A stretch of DNA of 32,000 bases from Desulfocapsa sulfexigens DSM 10523. Its GTDB lineage: Bacteria > Desulfobacterota > Desulfobulbia > Desulfobulbales > Desulfocapsaceae. Position numbers and translations under genes: made by a program. Location: NCBI RefSeq assembly GCF_000341395.1, contig NC_020304.1, positions 150,001 to 182,000 on the forward strand, in the 5' to 3' direction. This document shows, piece after piece, positions 20,501-27,908 of the stretch (position 1 is the stretch's first letter; every line of letters starts with the position of its first letter). The notes beneath the pieces are model-generated. The model worked only from the letters and a program-made list of their open reading frames with translations. It did no database searches and was not told where the DNA came from.

Positions 20501-20940
20501 ATCTGCCCCTTACCGACAAAACGGCCATCTCCACTAGTGACGAGCAGCAGCCAGTCCAGTTAACTGAAACAGGGAGCGGACGAATTCTTGTTGTCGATGA
20601 CGAGGAATTTCTTGTCAGGATAAATAAAAGACGCCTGGAATCTGTTGGATACACCGTCACGACTGCTACGGACAGTACCGAAGCACTGAAAATGTTCCGT
20701 GCCCACCCTGAAACATTTGATCTGCTTATCACAGACCAGACCATGCCAAAATTGAGCGGTGCTGAACTGGCCTCTGAGATATTGAAAATAAGACCAGATC
20801 TGCCTGTAATCATGTCCACCGGACACAGTGACGTCGTCTCTGAAGAAAAAGCTCTTGAAATGGGTATTACAAAATATGTGCAGAAACCTATTCAGGGCAA
20901 CGAACTCCTTGAAGCTGCCCAGGAATTATTGGGAAGATAA
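17584..20940 (+). CDS. Hybrid sensor histidine kinase: membrane/Cache-like sensor, multiple PAS, HisKA, HATPase, C-terminal receiver
   Basis: Two hydrophobic segments flank a periplasmic domain. DITERK/DITARLEFE PAS linkers, H-box GGIAHDFNNILSAIMG, GHGMDE, GKGSGIGLSVLHG, receiver ILVVDDEEFLVRI...LLITDQTMPKLSG. Confidence 0.95.
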   Translation: MGVFKFGSINKSLAILLLVTILPTLTILLYSGLEQRSRSIEDAKEAVFLLTHSMAGVQKDITHNVRQTLFTLSLLPEVQRLNGQASNEIFQTILKKNPLFINIVLTDLKGKVITSGKALKKPGSIADCKHFKETLASKAFATGEFVYTRTGEPRPAFTYAYPVLAEDNSLIAVLATAIQLDHLDVFYKDLNLDKKSFISVTDHRGIRLFYYPAAEETNPVGSQIKPFSLEQSRKTPSFGRFTGTGSDGARRVFAFENIRLATDLPSYMTVWAGIPEASVLAKTNAALSRNLIFFFLSAFCSILLFWLVGKKVLLAPIAGLMALTREYSAGNLEARSKQDTGPREFIDLTEAFYTMAAALSSNQQSLQEKEDRFRGVFNSMSSGVAIYEVVGNGEGFIFKDINPAGARSSQLSHDNIIGKRVREVFPAVRDIGLFSVFQRVWQAGRAEHHPATLYSDDRITLWVENHVFKLPSGEIVSVYDDITERKQFEEGLRESEEKFRALINQATDSIYVLDMEANIILANRQACKSTGYSETELLQLTIADIDPYFITRKDKDILWKELVPGEKQVIESHLRAKDGTMIPVEVHLGLIEVNNKKSILGIVRDITARLEFERSLRRSKEEWESTFDAMGDIITIQDKEMRILKGNKTFYDTFEGNPDTLNGRYCYEVFRGRSQPCPNCPELSTPAGKHIHSGEIFHKTLDKIFHVSSYPIQNGTGELDRLVHIARDITEQKRIQEDLFQSHKMEAVGTLAGGIAHDFNNILSAIMGAAQLVKRELPEKSPALQDIDTVLQSGRRAADLIRQILTFSRKKEHKLQSLAPHPIIKEALQMLRSSLPSTIEIEEEIDRECGAITADPTSIHQIIVNLCTNALHAIDQQKGKITVRLYREDLNLQDTEAHPDVSAGPFVVLSVSDTGHGMDETTMQKVFEPYFTTKEIGKGSGIGLSVLHGIVQDYKGFINVESTLGKGSTFRVYLPLTDKTAISTSDEQQPVQLTETGSGRILVVDDEEFLVRINKRRLESVGYTVTTATDSTEALKMFRAHPETFDLLITDQTMPKLSGAELASEILKIRPDLPVIMSTGHSDVVSEEKALEMGITKYVQKPIQGNELLEAAQELLGR

Positions 20941-20951
20941 AAAGGTATTCG

Positions 20952-21145
20952 TTTCCCAACCTGATTACCATCGAAACTCAGCTTTGCAACCCGGAGTTGT
21001 TCCGTGTCGATTATATGGGACGCCATAAACCCATCTCTGGGGGCTCTGCTGCGGCCGTCCAGGCCGCAGATGCCCATATAATCAACACGAAATAACTCCT
21101 CCTCAAACGGGTAGGCTGAGGATGAGTAGTAATCAGGTTTCCCAA
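20952..21145. mobile_element. MITE-like fold-back element (20960..21137) with flanking 8-bp direct repeats TTTCCCAA (20952..20959 and 21138..21145)
   Basis: Read directly. Terminal inverted repeats CCTGATTAC / GTAATCAGG abut perfect 8-bp direct repeats. Internal 26-nt arms (20994..21019 and 21073..21098) have 3 mismatches. Apical 8-bp palindrome CTGCGGCC-gtcca-GGCCGCAG. No room for a transposase. Confidence 0.65.
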
Positions 21146-21311
21146 TACCAACAAAGGGTCACGCAAAGACTTGCCTCCAACATTTATTCAAAATTTGAAA
21201 CAGTTTGCAAAAAGAATGGCAGGAAACTATTCTTTTAGATATACTCTCGACAATTATATAAATTTGCTGACATTTTGTTTCCAGTTGAACCTTACACACC
21301 CAAAAATAATC

Positions 21312-21578
21312 ATGGATGAGCTGACAAACGACCTGAAAAAGAAATTAATCGAAGTCCTGAACCTCACAGATATAACGCCTGAAGAAATCGATGAAAATGA
21401 GCAGCTTGTGGGCGGTGATTTAGGGATCGACTCCATTGATGTCCTTGAAATGGTAGTTATGGTTGAAAAAGAATATGGGGTAGTCATCAACAACAAGGAT
21501 ATTGGAGAGAAGGTCTTTTCCACCCTCGCAGCACTCACCGATTACATTCGTGAGAATTCTCCCACGTTAGCTTCCTGA
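21312..21578 (+). CDS. Acyl carrier protein
   Basis: MDELTNDLKKKLIEVLNLTDITPEEIDENEQLVGGDLGIDSIDVLEMVV, carrying the phosphopantetheine DS motif. Met at 21312 is preferred over the ORF-track start at 21171. Confidence 0.93.
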   Translation: MDELTNDLKKKLIEVLNLTDITPEEIDENEQLVGGDLGIDSIDVLEMVVMVEKEYGVVINNKDIGEKVFSTLAALTDYIRENSPTLAS

Positions 21579-21590
21579 GTAACAAGAATC

Positions 21591-23726
21591 TTGAGTAGTA
21601 AAAAAAAAACAGTTTATATTGCAGGCATTGGTATCATCAGTCCCCTTGGTTGCGGAGCTGATGATACGGAACAGTCTCTTCTAAAGAACATTTCTGCGAT
21701 TGCACCCCTGAGTGCAGACATCTTTTCCATTCGCACCCCTCCCCCTCTTCTGGTGGGGCAGGTCACAAATCTTACTGAATCGCCCCTTCCCCGAACACAT
21801 CGTTTAACAATTGCCGCTGCACAACAGGCAATGAAAGGACAGTCGCAGCCACCTGATGCTGTAATACTTGGAACAACCACGGGAGGAATTCTCACTACAG
21901 AAAACCTGCTTATTGAGAGTGAAAAGGATCCTCTGAAATACAGACACCACGGACTCACCACGGTGGCTGAAGAACTCGCAGATGCCCTCCACTGCACGGG
22001 TCCCGCACTCACTGTCTCCACTGCCTGTTCCTCGGGGAGCGTTGCCATCTCCATGGCTTGTAAAATGCTGCAGTCTGGTGAGGCGGAATGGGTGCTGGCA
22101 GGAGGAGCTGATTCCCTTTGCAGGCTGACCTACTTTGGATTTCATTCTCTTCAGCTGGTGGACCCCGAGGGCAGCAGACCACTGGATAAAGACAGAAAAG
22201 GAATGTCCGTTGCCGAGGGAGCGGGACTGCTCCTGCTCACCACCGTAAAGCCCGAGCAACCCATGGGCCAGATTCTTGGCTGTGGACTGACCTGTGACGC
22301 CCACCACCCTGCGGCGCCTCATCCAGAGGGAAAAGGCGCCTTCCAGGCCATACGCAATGCTATCAACTCTGCGGGAATTAATGCCCGCGCAATCGATTAC
22401 ATCAACCTTCACGGAACAGGTACTCCGGATAACGACTTGGCAGAATCGAAGGCAATACGGGCAGTCTTTGCCAATCCCCCGCCCCTCTCATCTATCAAAG
22501 GAGCGACGGGGCACAGTCTGGCCGCATCCGGTGCTATAGAAGCTGTTATTGCCGCAATCTGTATACAGGAGGGATTTCTGCCGGGTAACACCGGACACAG
22601 AACCCCGGACCCGGAATTGCATATAAGGCCCATTATGTCGCCTGTAAGTCAACCAGTCTCAATAATCCTCTCCAACTCCTTTGGATTTGGGGGAAATAAT
22701 GCGTGCCTCCTTTTCTCAAAGAATGGAACAGTCACCGCACCCTCCATTGCTTCTGAACACGCCCCCTTAACCATAGTCGGAAAGGCTTGTATCACAGGAG
22801 TTGGCCATACCCGGAGCAGTCTGGAAACATTCTCCAAACTGGCAGTTATTGGTGGCACTCTTGACAGTAAAATCATCTCAGAGAACCTTCCAGCACGAAA
22901 GGTACGACGCCTGAAACGCTTTTCACGAATTGCCCTCGCCCTGGCCGCTGCTGCCCTTGAGGATTCCGGTCTCAAGGAATCACCCCAGTCCGTTTTTATG
23001 GGAAGTGGCTGGGGCGCACTTTCCGAGACCTATGATTTTATAGATAAACTGCAAAGCAGTGACGAAAAGTTCCCCAGCCCCATAGACTTTGTAGGTTCCG
23101 TTCACAACAGTGCTGCCGGACAGATTGCCATCATGCATGGGGCAAGGGGTGCGAATATCACCAGTAGTGGTGGTGACCATTCTTTTGAGCAGGCACTGCT
23201 TGCCGCAGACTCCTTTCTTGACGAAGATTCACCGTCCGCTTTCGTACTTGCTGTCGATGAGTTCCACAAACAGTTCTCACCGCTGTTTGATCCATCGATC
23301 ACAACTGATACGTCCCCTGCTGATGGGGGGGGAGGGTTTTACCTCCTCAGACAGGCCGTCCCCGGAAGGGTCTCCGTTCAACTCAAGTGTTACCAGAAAC
23401 AGACAGAAGATATACTGGAGTCGCTTGTTGCAGGTCTTGGTGGCACCGAATCACTGCAAAACGACTGCGGAATGATACTTGCCGGAATCCCCGCAGCCGT
23501 CGCCCACCAGGGAGAAGAACAGCTGCATCAGTTTATGGAGAAAACCGGGCTTGACATTCCGGTTATTCATTACAGGATGTTTACCGGAGAATTTGCCTCA
23601 GCTTCCAGTGTTGCTGCGGTTATAGCCGCACAACTTCTGGAAGACGGTGTTGTCGATTCCAGCAAGAAAATCCTGGTACTGGGTTTTGGGAAATACGTCA
23701 CTGCCATGGAATTCGCCATTCAATGA
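21591..23726 (+). CDS. Two-domain ketosynthase: active KS fused to a C-terminal KS-like domain lacking the active-site Cys
   Basis: Domain 1: VSTACSSGS, NLHGTGTPDND, KGATGHSLAASG, SFGFGGNN. Domain 2 (about residues 400-711): RIALALAAAALEDSGL...GSVHNSAAGQIAIMHGARGANITSSGGDHSFEQALLAAD, with no Cys at the nucleophile region. Starts with TTG. Confidence 0.88.
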   Translation: MSSKKKTVYIAGIGIISPLGCGADDTEQSLLKNISAIAPLSADIFSIRTPPPLLVGQVTNLTESPLPRTHRLTIAAAQQAMKGQSQPPDAVILGTTTGGILTTENLLIESEKDPLKYRHHGLTTVAEELADALHCTGPALTVSTACSSGSVAISMACKMLQSGEAEWVLAGGADSLCRLTYFGFHSLQLVDPEGSRPLDKDRKGMSVAEGAGLLLLTTVKPEQPMGQILGCGLTCDAHHPAAPHPEGKGAFQAIRNAINSAGINARAIDYINLHGTGTPDNDLAESKAIRAVFANPPPLSSIKGATGHSLAASGAIEAVIAAICIQEGFLPGNTGHRTPDPELHIRPIMSPVSQPVSIILSNSFGFGGNNACLLFSKNGTVTAPSIASEHAPLTIVGKACITGVGHTRSSLETFSKLAVIGGTLDSKIISENLPARKVRRLKRFSRIALALAAAALEDSGLKESPQSVFMGSGWGALSETYDFIDKLQSSDEKFPSPIDFVGSVHNSAAGQIAIMHGARGANITSSGGDHSFEQALLAADSFLDEDSPSAFVLAVDEFHKQFSPLFDPSITTDTSPADGGGGFYLLRQAVPGRVSVQLKCYQKQTEDILESLVAGLGGTESLQNDCGMILAGIPAAVAHQGEEQLHQFMEKTGLDIPVIHYRMFTGEFASASSVAAVIAAQLLEDGVVDSSKKILVLGFGKYVTAMEFAIQ

Positions 23727-25066
23727 ACGTCCTGCTCATCTCACCCAATACCCTCACCGTTCCCTATCCGGTATATCCCATTGGCCTTGATTATGTGGCC
23801 GGTTCCTTATCAACCAGGCATCAGGTTCAGATTGCAGATCTCAATATCCTGGGACATGATGCGCTTGGGCAAATGATAGGCGATTTTTCTCCGGATATTA
23901 TAGGATTATCAATCCGTAACATTGACAACACCGAATCAGGCAATCCACTTTTTTTTATCAGCGAGCACAAAAAGCTTGTGGATTGGCTGCGAACCCAAAG
24001 TGACGCCCCCATTGTCGGTGGCGGCGCTGGGTTCACCATCCTTCCCCGTGAAATCTTCGACGCCCTTGAACTTGATTACGGCATTATAGGAGAGGGGGAA
24101 CGCCTGGGAGAACTGCTTGAGGCACTTGAAAACAAGGGGCCACTCTCCAACATTCCTGGCCTGCTCACGAGCTCACATCCCGCTATTCCTGCCGCGCCCT
24201 GGGGGGGAATCCTGCAAAGACAACCAGCACGGAATGCCCATTCACAGTTCTATCTCGATTATGGCGGAATGCTTAACCTGCAGACAAAACGGGGCTGTTC
24301 TTTCCGCTGCATCTACTGCCCCTACCCCCATATTGAAGGAAAAAAACATCGTCTTGTTGATCCCGAAACTGTTGCCCATATGGCCCTTTCACTTCAGGAA
24401 AATGGCGCAAAATACATTTTCATCACCGACTCCGCCTTCAATTCAGATGTCAGCCACAGCCTCAGTGTAGCGGAGTCCCTTAAACGCAATGGCCTTTCAA
24501 TCCCATGGGGGGGATTTTTTGCCCCCATTAAACTCCCGGATGATTATTTCACCCGGATGAAAGAGTGCGGCCTGAAACATGTCGAATTCGGCACGGAATC
24601 CCTCTCTCAAACAATGCTTAAGACCTACCGCAAACCCTTCACCCCCAAAGACGTTATCAGTGCCCATAATCAGGCCGTTGCTGCCGGACTCCACGCAGCC
24701 CATTATTTTCTGCTTGGTGGCCCAGGGGAGACCGTGACAACGGTGGACGAAACACTGAATTGTATAGAACATCTAAAAAAAACGGTACTCTTCTTTTTCA
24801 CCGGCATCAGGATCTACCCTCATACCAGACTCTACGACATTGCTCTTGAGGAGGGGAAAATCAGCAAAAACACCAGTCTCCTGGAACCCTTCTATTATGA
24901 AAGTAATGCCATCAGTCATGGGGAAATAGAAAAACAGGTCTCAGAGCGCGGCAAAGAACGGATCAACTGGATCGTTGGATCCGGAGGAAAAAAGTCAGCC
25001 GAAACAGTGAGCAAGATGCATAAACGTGGGTTCACCGGGCCTCTCTGGGAGTTTTTGATCCGTTGA
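23723..25066 (+). CDS. B12-binding-domain radical SAM protein
   Basis: MNVLLISPNTLTVPYPVYPIGLDYVAGSL...IIGLSIRNID...APIVGGGAGFT, then TKRGCSFRCIYCPYP. ATGA overlap with the preceding KS gene. Confidence 0.92.
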   Translation: MNVLLISPNTLTVPYPVYPIGLDYVAGSLSTRHQVQIADLNILGHDALGQMIGDFSPDIIGLSIRNIDNTESGNPLFFISEHKKLVDWLRTQSDAPIVGGGAGFTILPREIFDALELDYGIIGEGERLGELLEALENKGPLSNIPGLLTSSHPAIPAAPWGGILQRQPARNAHSQFYLDYGGMLNLQTKRGCSFRCIYCPYPHIEGKKHRLVDPETVAHMALSLQENGAKYIFITDSAFNSDVSHSLSVAESLKRNGLSIPWGGFFAPIKLPDDYFTRMKECGLKHVEFGTESLSQTMLKTYRKPFTPKDVISAHNQAVAAGLHAAHYFLLGGPGETVTTVDETLNCIEHLKKTVLFFFTGIRIYPHTRLYDIALEEGKISKNTSLLEPFYYESNAISHGEIEKQVSERGKERINWIVGSGGKKSAETVSKMHKRGFTGPLWEFLIR

Positions 25067-25176
25067 TAATACAGAGTCCGCTATTTTCCTGAAACAACAA
25101 TGGAACATTTGAATTTTTTGACCATTCTTGGTAGAAACATCTGATGTTTACATAAACAGATCAACTGAGCACTACT

Positions 25177-25530
25177 ATGTGGTATTCGTATATTTCGATA
25201 GGACATGATGGAGAGAATGCAGTGCTTGCCCGGGTGACTACGGATGCTGCGTCGCCCTGGTTTGCAGGGCATTTTCCAGAAGACCCTATTTTACCGGGCA
25301 TTGCCCAGATAAATATGGTAACTGAAACCATTGCAAGGGTTTTAAAGAAAAATCTATCGCTACAAAGTGTTGCCCGTATTAAATTTAAAAAGCTTGTCCG
25401 GCCCGGCGATATCCTTGATATCCACGCCATGGCAGGAAAAAAAGAAAACCACTATTCTTTCAGTATCACCAGCATGGAAGAAGATGTCTGCTCCGGCAGA
25501 CTGGTGCTGGCCCCAAAAAAGGAGCAATAA
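25177..25530 (+). CDS. Single-hotdog FabZ/ApeI-like dehydratase-family protein
   Basis: DAASPWFAGHFPEDPILPGIAQINMVTETIA matches the GHFPxxPxxPG hotdog dehydratase signature. Confidence 0.85.
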   Translation: MWYSYISIGHDGENAVLARVTTDAASPWFAGHFPEDPILPGIAQINMVTETIARVLKKNLSLQSVARIKFKKLVRPGDILDIHAMAGKKENHYSFSITSMEEDVCSGRLVLAPKKEQ

Positions 25531-25536
25531 AGAAAC

Positions 25537-25803
25537 ATGACAACCGATACACATCAGGCAATCACCCGTATTGCTGAAATAATCATCAATGAACTGAAGC
25601 TTGAAGATGTTACCCCTGAAACCTTTGATGCCGACCTTGATCTTGTGGATGAGATCGGGATTGACTCCATGGATCTTGCCACCATCGCCCTGGTCCTCCG
25701 TGATGAATATGGGATCAGAATCGATGAAGATGACTACCCGAAACTGACCACCGTGCGCATTATTGCTGAGTACATCACTACAAAACTGGCAGAAAAAGAG
25801 TAA
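25537..25803 (+). CDS. Acyl carrier protein
   Basis: DLDLVDEIGIDSMDLATIALVLRDEYGI; phosphopantetheine DS motif. Confidence 0.93.
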   Translation: MTTDTHQAITRIAEIIINELKLEDVTPETFDADLDLVDEIGIDSMDLATIALVLRDEYGIRIDEDDYPKLTTVRIIAEYITTKLAEKE

Positions 25804-25820
25804 CCAGGCAGGAACAGAGC

Positions 25821-26888
25821 ATGGAAAACGCAAAGGACATAACGGAGTATAAATTTTCCGATATTATCGCATCCCCCTCTATCAAAGAGCGCTTTGAAAA
25901 GGTACGCAAATATTTTTTTCTCCGTGAATCCACCTACGACATGAGCAATCGCTGCAATCTCCGTTGCGAAGGCTGTTATTATTATGCCGGAGAGACCGAG
26001 AAACAGTTCGCCGAAGAGAATCTCAACCCGGCCGACTGGCAGCAGCTCATGGAGGCCGAGAAAGAACGTGGCATTACCTTTGTGGTGCTCGCCGGAGCCG
26101 AGCCATCCTACGTCCCCGAACTCTGTAAAACATGTTATGACACTATTCCCCTGGGCTGCATTGCCAGCAATGGTCTGATGCCCCTGGCCAAAGAAATCGA
26201 TTATCGCATCCATATTTCTGTCTGGGGAAATGACAAAACCAGCCTTGAAATCAGAAAGGCCAAGAATATGCTGGTCCGGCAGATGGAAAATTACCAGGGA
26301 GACTCAAGGGCTATCTGGGTTTACACCTTTACCCCCGTCAATATTGACCAGGCCCGGGAAGTGACGGAAACACTGGCTGCAAACAATCATCAGATTACCT
26401 TCAACATGTTTTCTGCCCCCACTGACTACAATGGGCATCTTCGCCACACCCCGCAAACGCTGGCCCATACCCGTGCTGTCATGAGTGAGCTTTTGGCCGA
26501 ATTTCCGGAAACTGTTGTATTCTCCCCTTATAATATCGTGGCCCATACCCATGAACAGGGACTCCATTCCCTCTTTTCCTGCTCTTACCCGCGCATGAAC
26601 CCATCAACCGCCATCGGGCTTGGGAGGTCGTTCCGTCAGTACCGTACCGACCTGCAGTGGGATCGAGCTGCTGCATGCTGCGTGCCGGACACGGACTGTG
26701 ATGATTGCCGCCACTATGCTGCTGGAAGTGCCGTGGTTACAGCCAGGATGTATCGCCATGCAACTACCCCGCAGCATTTTTCCGCCTGGCTCGACTATGT
26801 GGATACCTATCTTGCAGTGTGGGTGAAAGGCTACGATAAAGGCGAAAACCTTTGTAAAGAAATGATTGAACCTCCAGAACAGAGTTGA
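25821..26888 (+). CDS. Radical SAM protein (SPASM-like C-terminal cysteines)
   Basis: SNRCNLRCEGCYYYAGE (CxxxCxxC), C-terminal CCVPDTDCDDCRHYAAGSAV. Confidence 0.92.
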   Translation: MENAKDITEYKFSDIIASPSIKERFEKVRKYFFLRESTYDMSNRCNLRCEGCYYYAGETEKQFAEENLNPADWQQLMEAEKERGITFVVLAGAEPSYVPELCKTCYDTIPLGCIASNGLMPLAKEIDYRIHISVWGNDKTSLEIRKAKNMLVRQMENYQGDSRAIWVYTFTPVNIDQAREVTETLAANNHQITFNMFSAPTDYNGHLRHTPQTLAHTRAVMSELLAEFPETVVFSPYNIVAHTHEQGLHSLFSCSYPRMNPSTAIGLGRSFRQYRTDLQWDRAAACCVPDTDCDDCRHYAAGSAVVTARMYRHATTPQHFSAWLDYVDTYLAVWVKGYDKGENLCKEMIEPPEQS

Positions 26889-27892
26889 AAAATATGAAAA
26901 CAGTCAGTTCCCTCCTCGATCCTCAATGGTACGAGCGCTATAAAAAAATATCCAGACTCAATATCCGCAGCTCCATCTACGATGTAACGGATCGCTGCAA
27001 TCTTCGCTGTAAAGGCTGCTTCTTCTTTTCGTCCGGTGAGCACGAACGTGCCGCAGAAGAAAAGGATATAGACAAATGGCATGACTTTGTGGAAAAGGAG
27101 ATGGATCGCGGCGTAAATCTAGCCATCCTTATCGGTGGTGAGCCCACACTCTGCATGGACAGAATTGAAGCATTTTACAAACGACTGCCCACCTTTTGTG
27201 CAACCAACGGACTCATCAAGGTTCCCCGTGATCGGTTCCCTGATATGATGGTTGGCCTCTCCCTCTGGGGTGATGCTGAGGACGAAATTGCCCTTCGCGG
27301 TCAGGACACCTTCAAAATTACCAGTGCCAACTATGGAGGTGATCCCCATGCCTACTATCTCTACACCATCACCCCGAAACAGCTGGGGAAAACCGGAAAG
27401 ATAATTCAGAAGGTTCAGGATATCGGACTGAAGGTTCATATGCAGTTGCTTTCCAACGATGAGGATGTCAATGGATTTTCATGGAAACCTGAAGAACTGC
27501 TGGACATCCGCCAGGAGATGGATGCCATGCTTGATGCTTACCCCAATACGGTGGTCTCATCAAAATATTACCATGAAGTTATCACCACCGGAAAGATGCT
27601 GGGCCGAACATTTGGCTGGTCGGAATGTCCGTCGGTAACCATTTTACGTGACAATCGGGATCCGCAACCCAAGCGGCTCACAAACTTTATCCGCTATGCA
27701 TCGGATCTTAAAACAGTCCACCGCTGCTGCACTTCTGAAACCCGTGACTGCTCCACCTGTAAAGATGGTGCGGCCCATATGAGCTGGGTAATGGTCAATA
27801 AACGTGCCCACATCAAAACAACGAAGGATCTGCAGAATTGGATTGAAGTGTACGAGATGTTTGCAAAATTATACCAGTTTATTCCCTGGTAG
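26885..27892 (+). CDS. Radical SAM protein, tandem paralogue of the preceding gene
   Basis: TDRCNLRCKGCFFFSSGE, IGGEPTLC, C-terminal CCTSETRDCSTCKDGAAH. Start either TTG 26885 or ATG 26894. Confidence 0.92.
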   Translation: MKNMKTVSSLLDPQWYERYKKISRLNIRSSIYDVTDRCNLRCKGCFFFSSGEHERAAEEKDIDKWHDFVEKEMDRGVNLAILIGGEPTLCMDRIEAFYKRLPTFCATNGLIKVPRDRFPDMMVGLSLWGDAEDEIALRGQDTFKITSANYGGDPHAYYLYTITPKQLGKTGKIIQKVQDIGLKVHMQLLSNDEDVNGFSWKPEELLDIRQEMDAMLDAYPNTVVSSKYYHEVITTGKMLGRTFGWSECPSVTILRDNRDPQPKRLTNFIRYASDLKTVHRCCTSETRDCSTCKDGAAHMSWVMVNKRAHIKTTKDLQNWIEVYEMFAKLYQFIPW

Positions 27893-27908
27893 TGTTCCGT
27901 AGGATTTC

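Noticed and set aside
21804-22412. 202-aa minus-strand ORF within the KS fusion gene
   Set aside because: Opposite the KS active-site region. No independent support.
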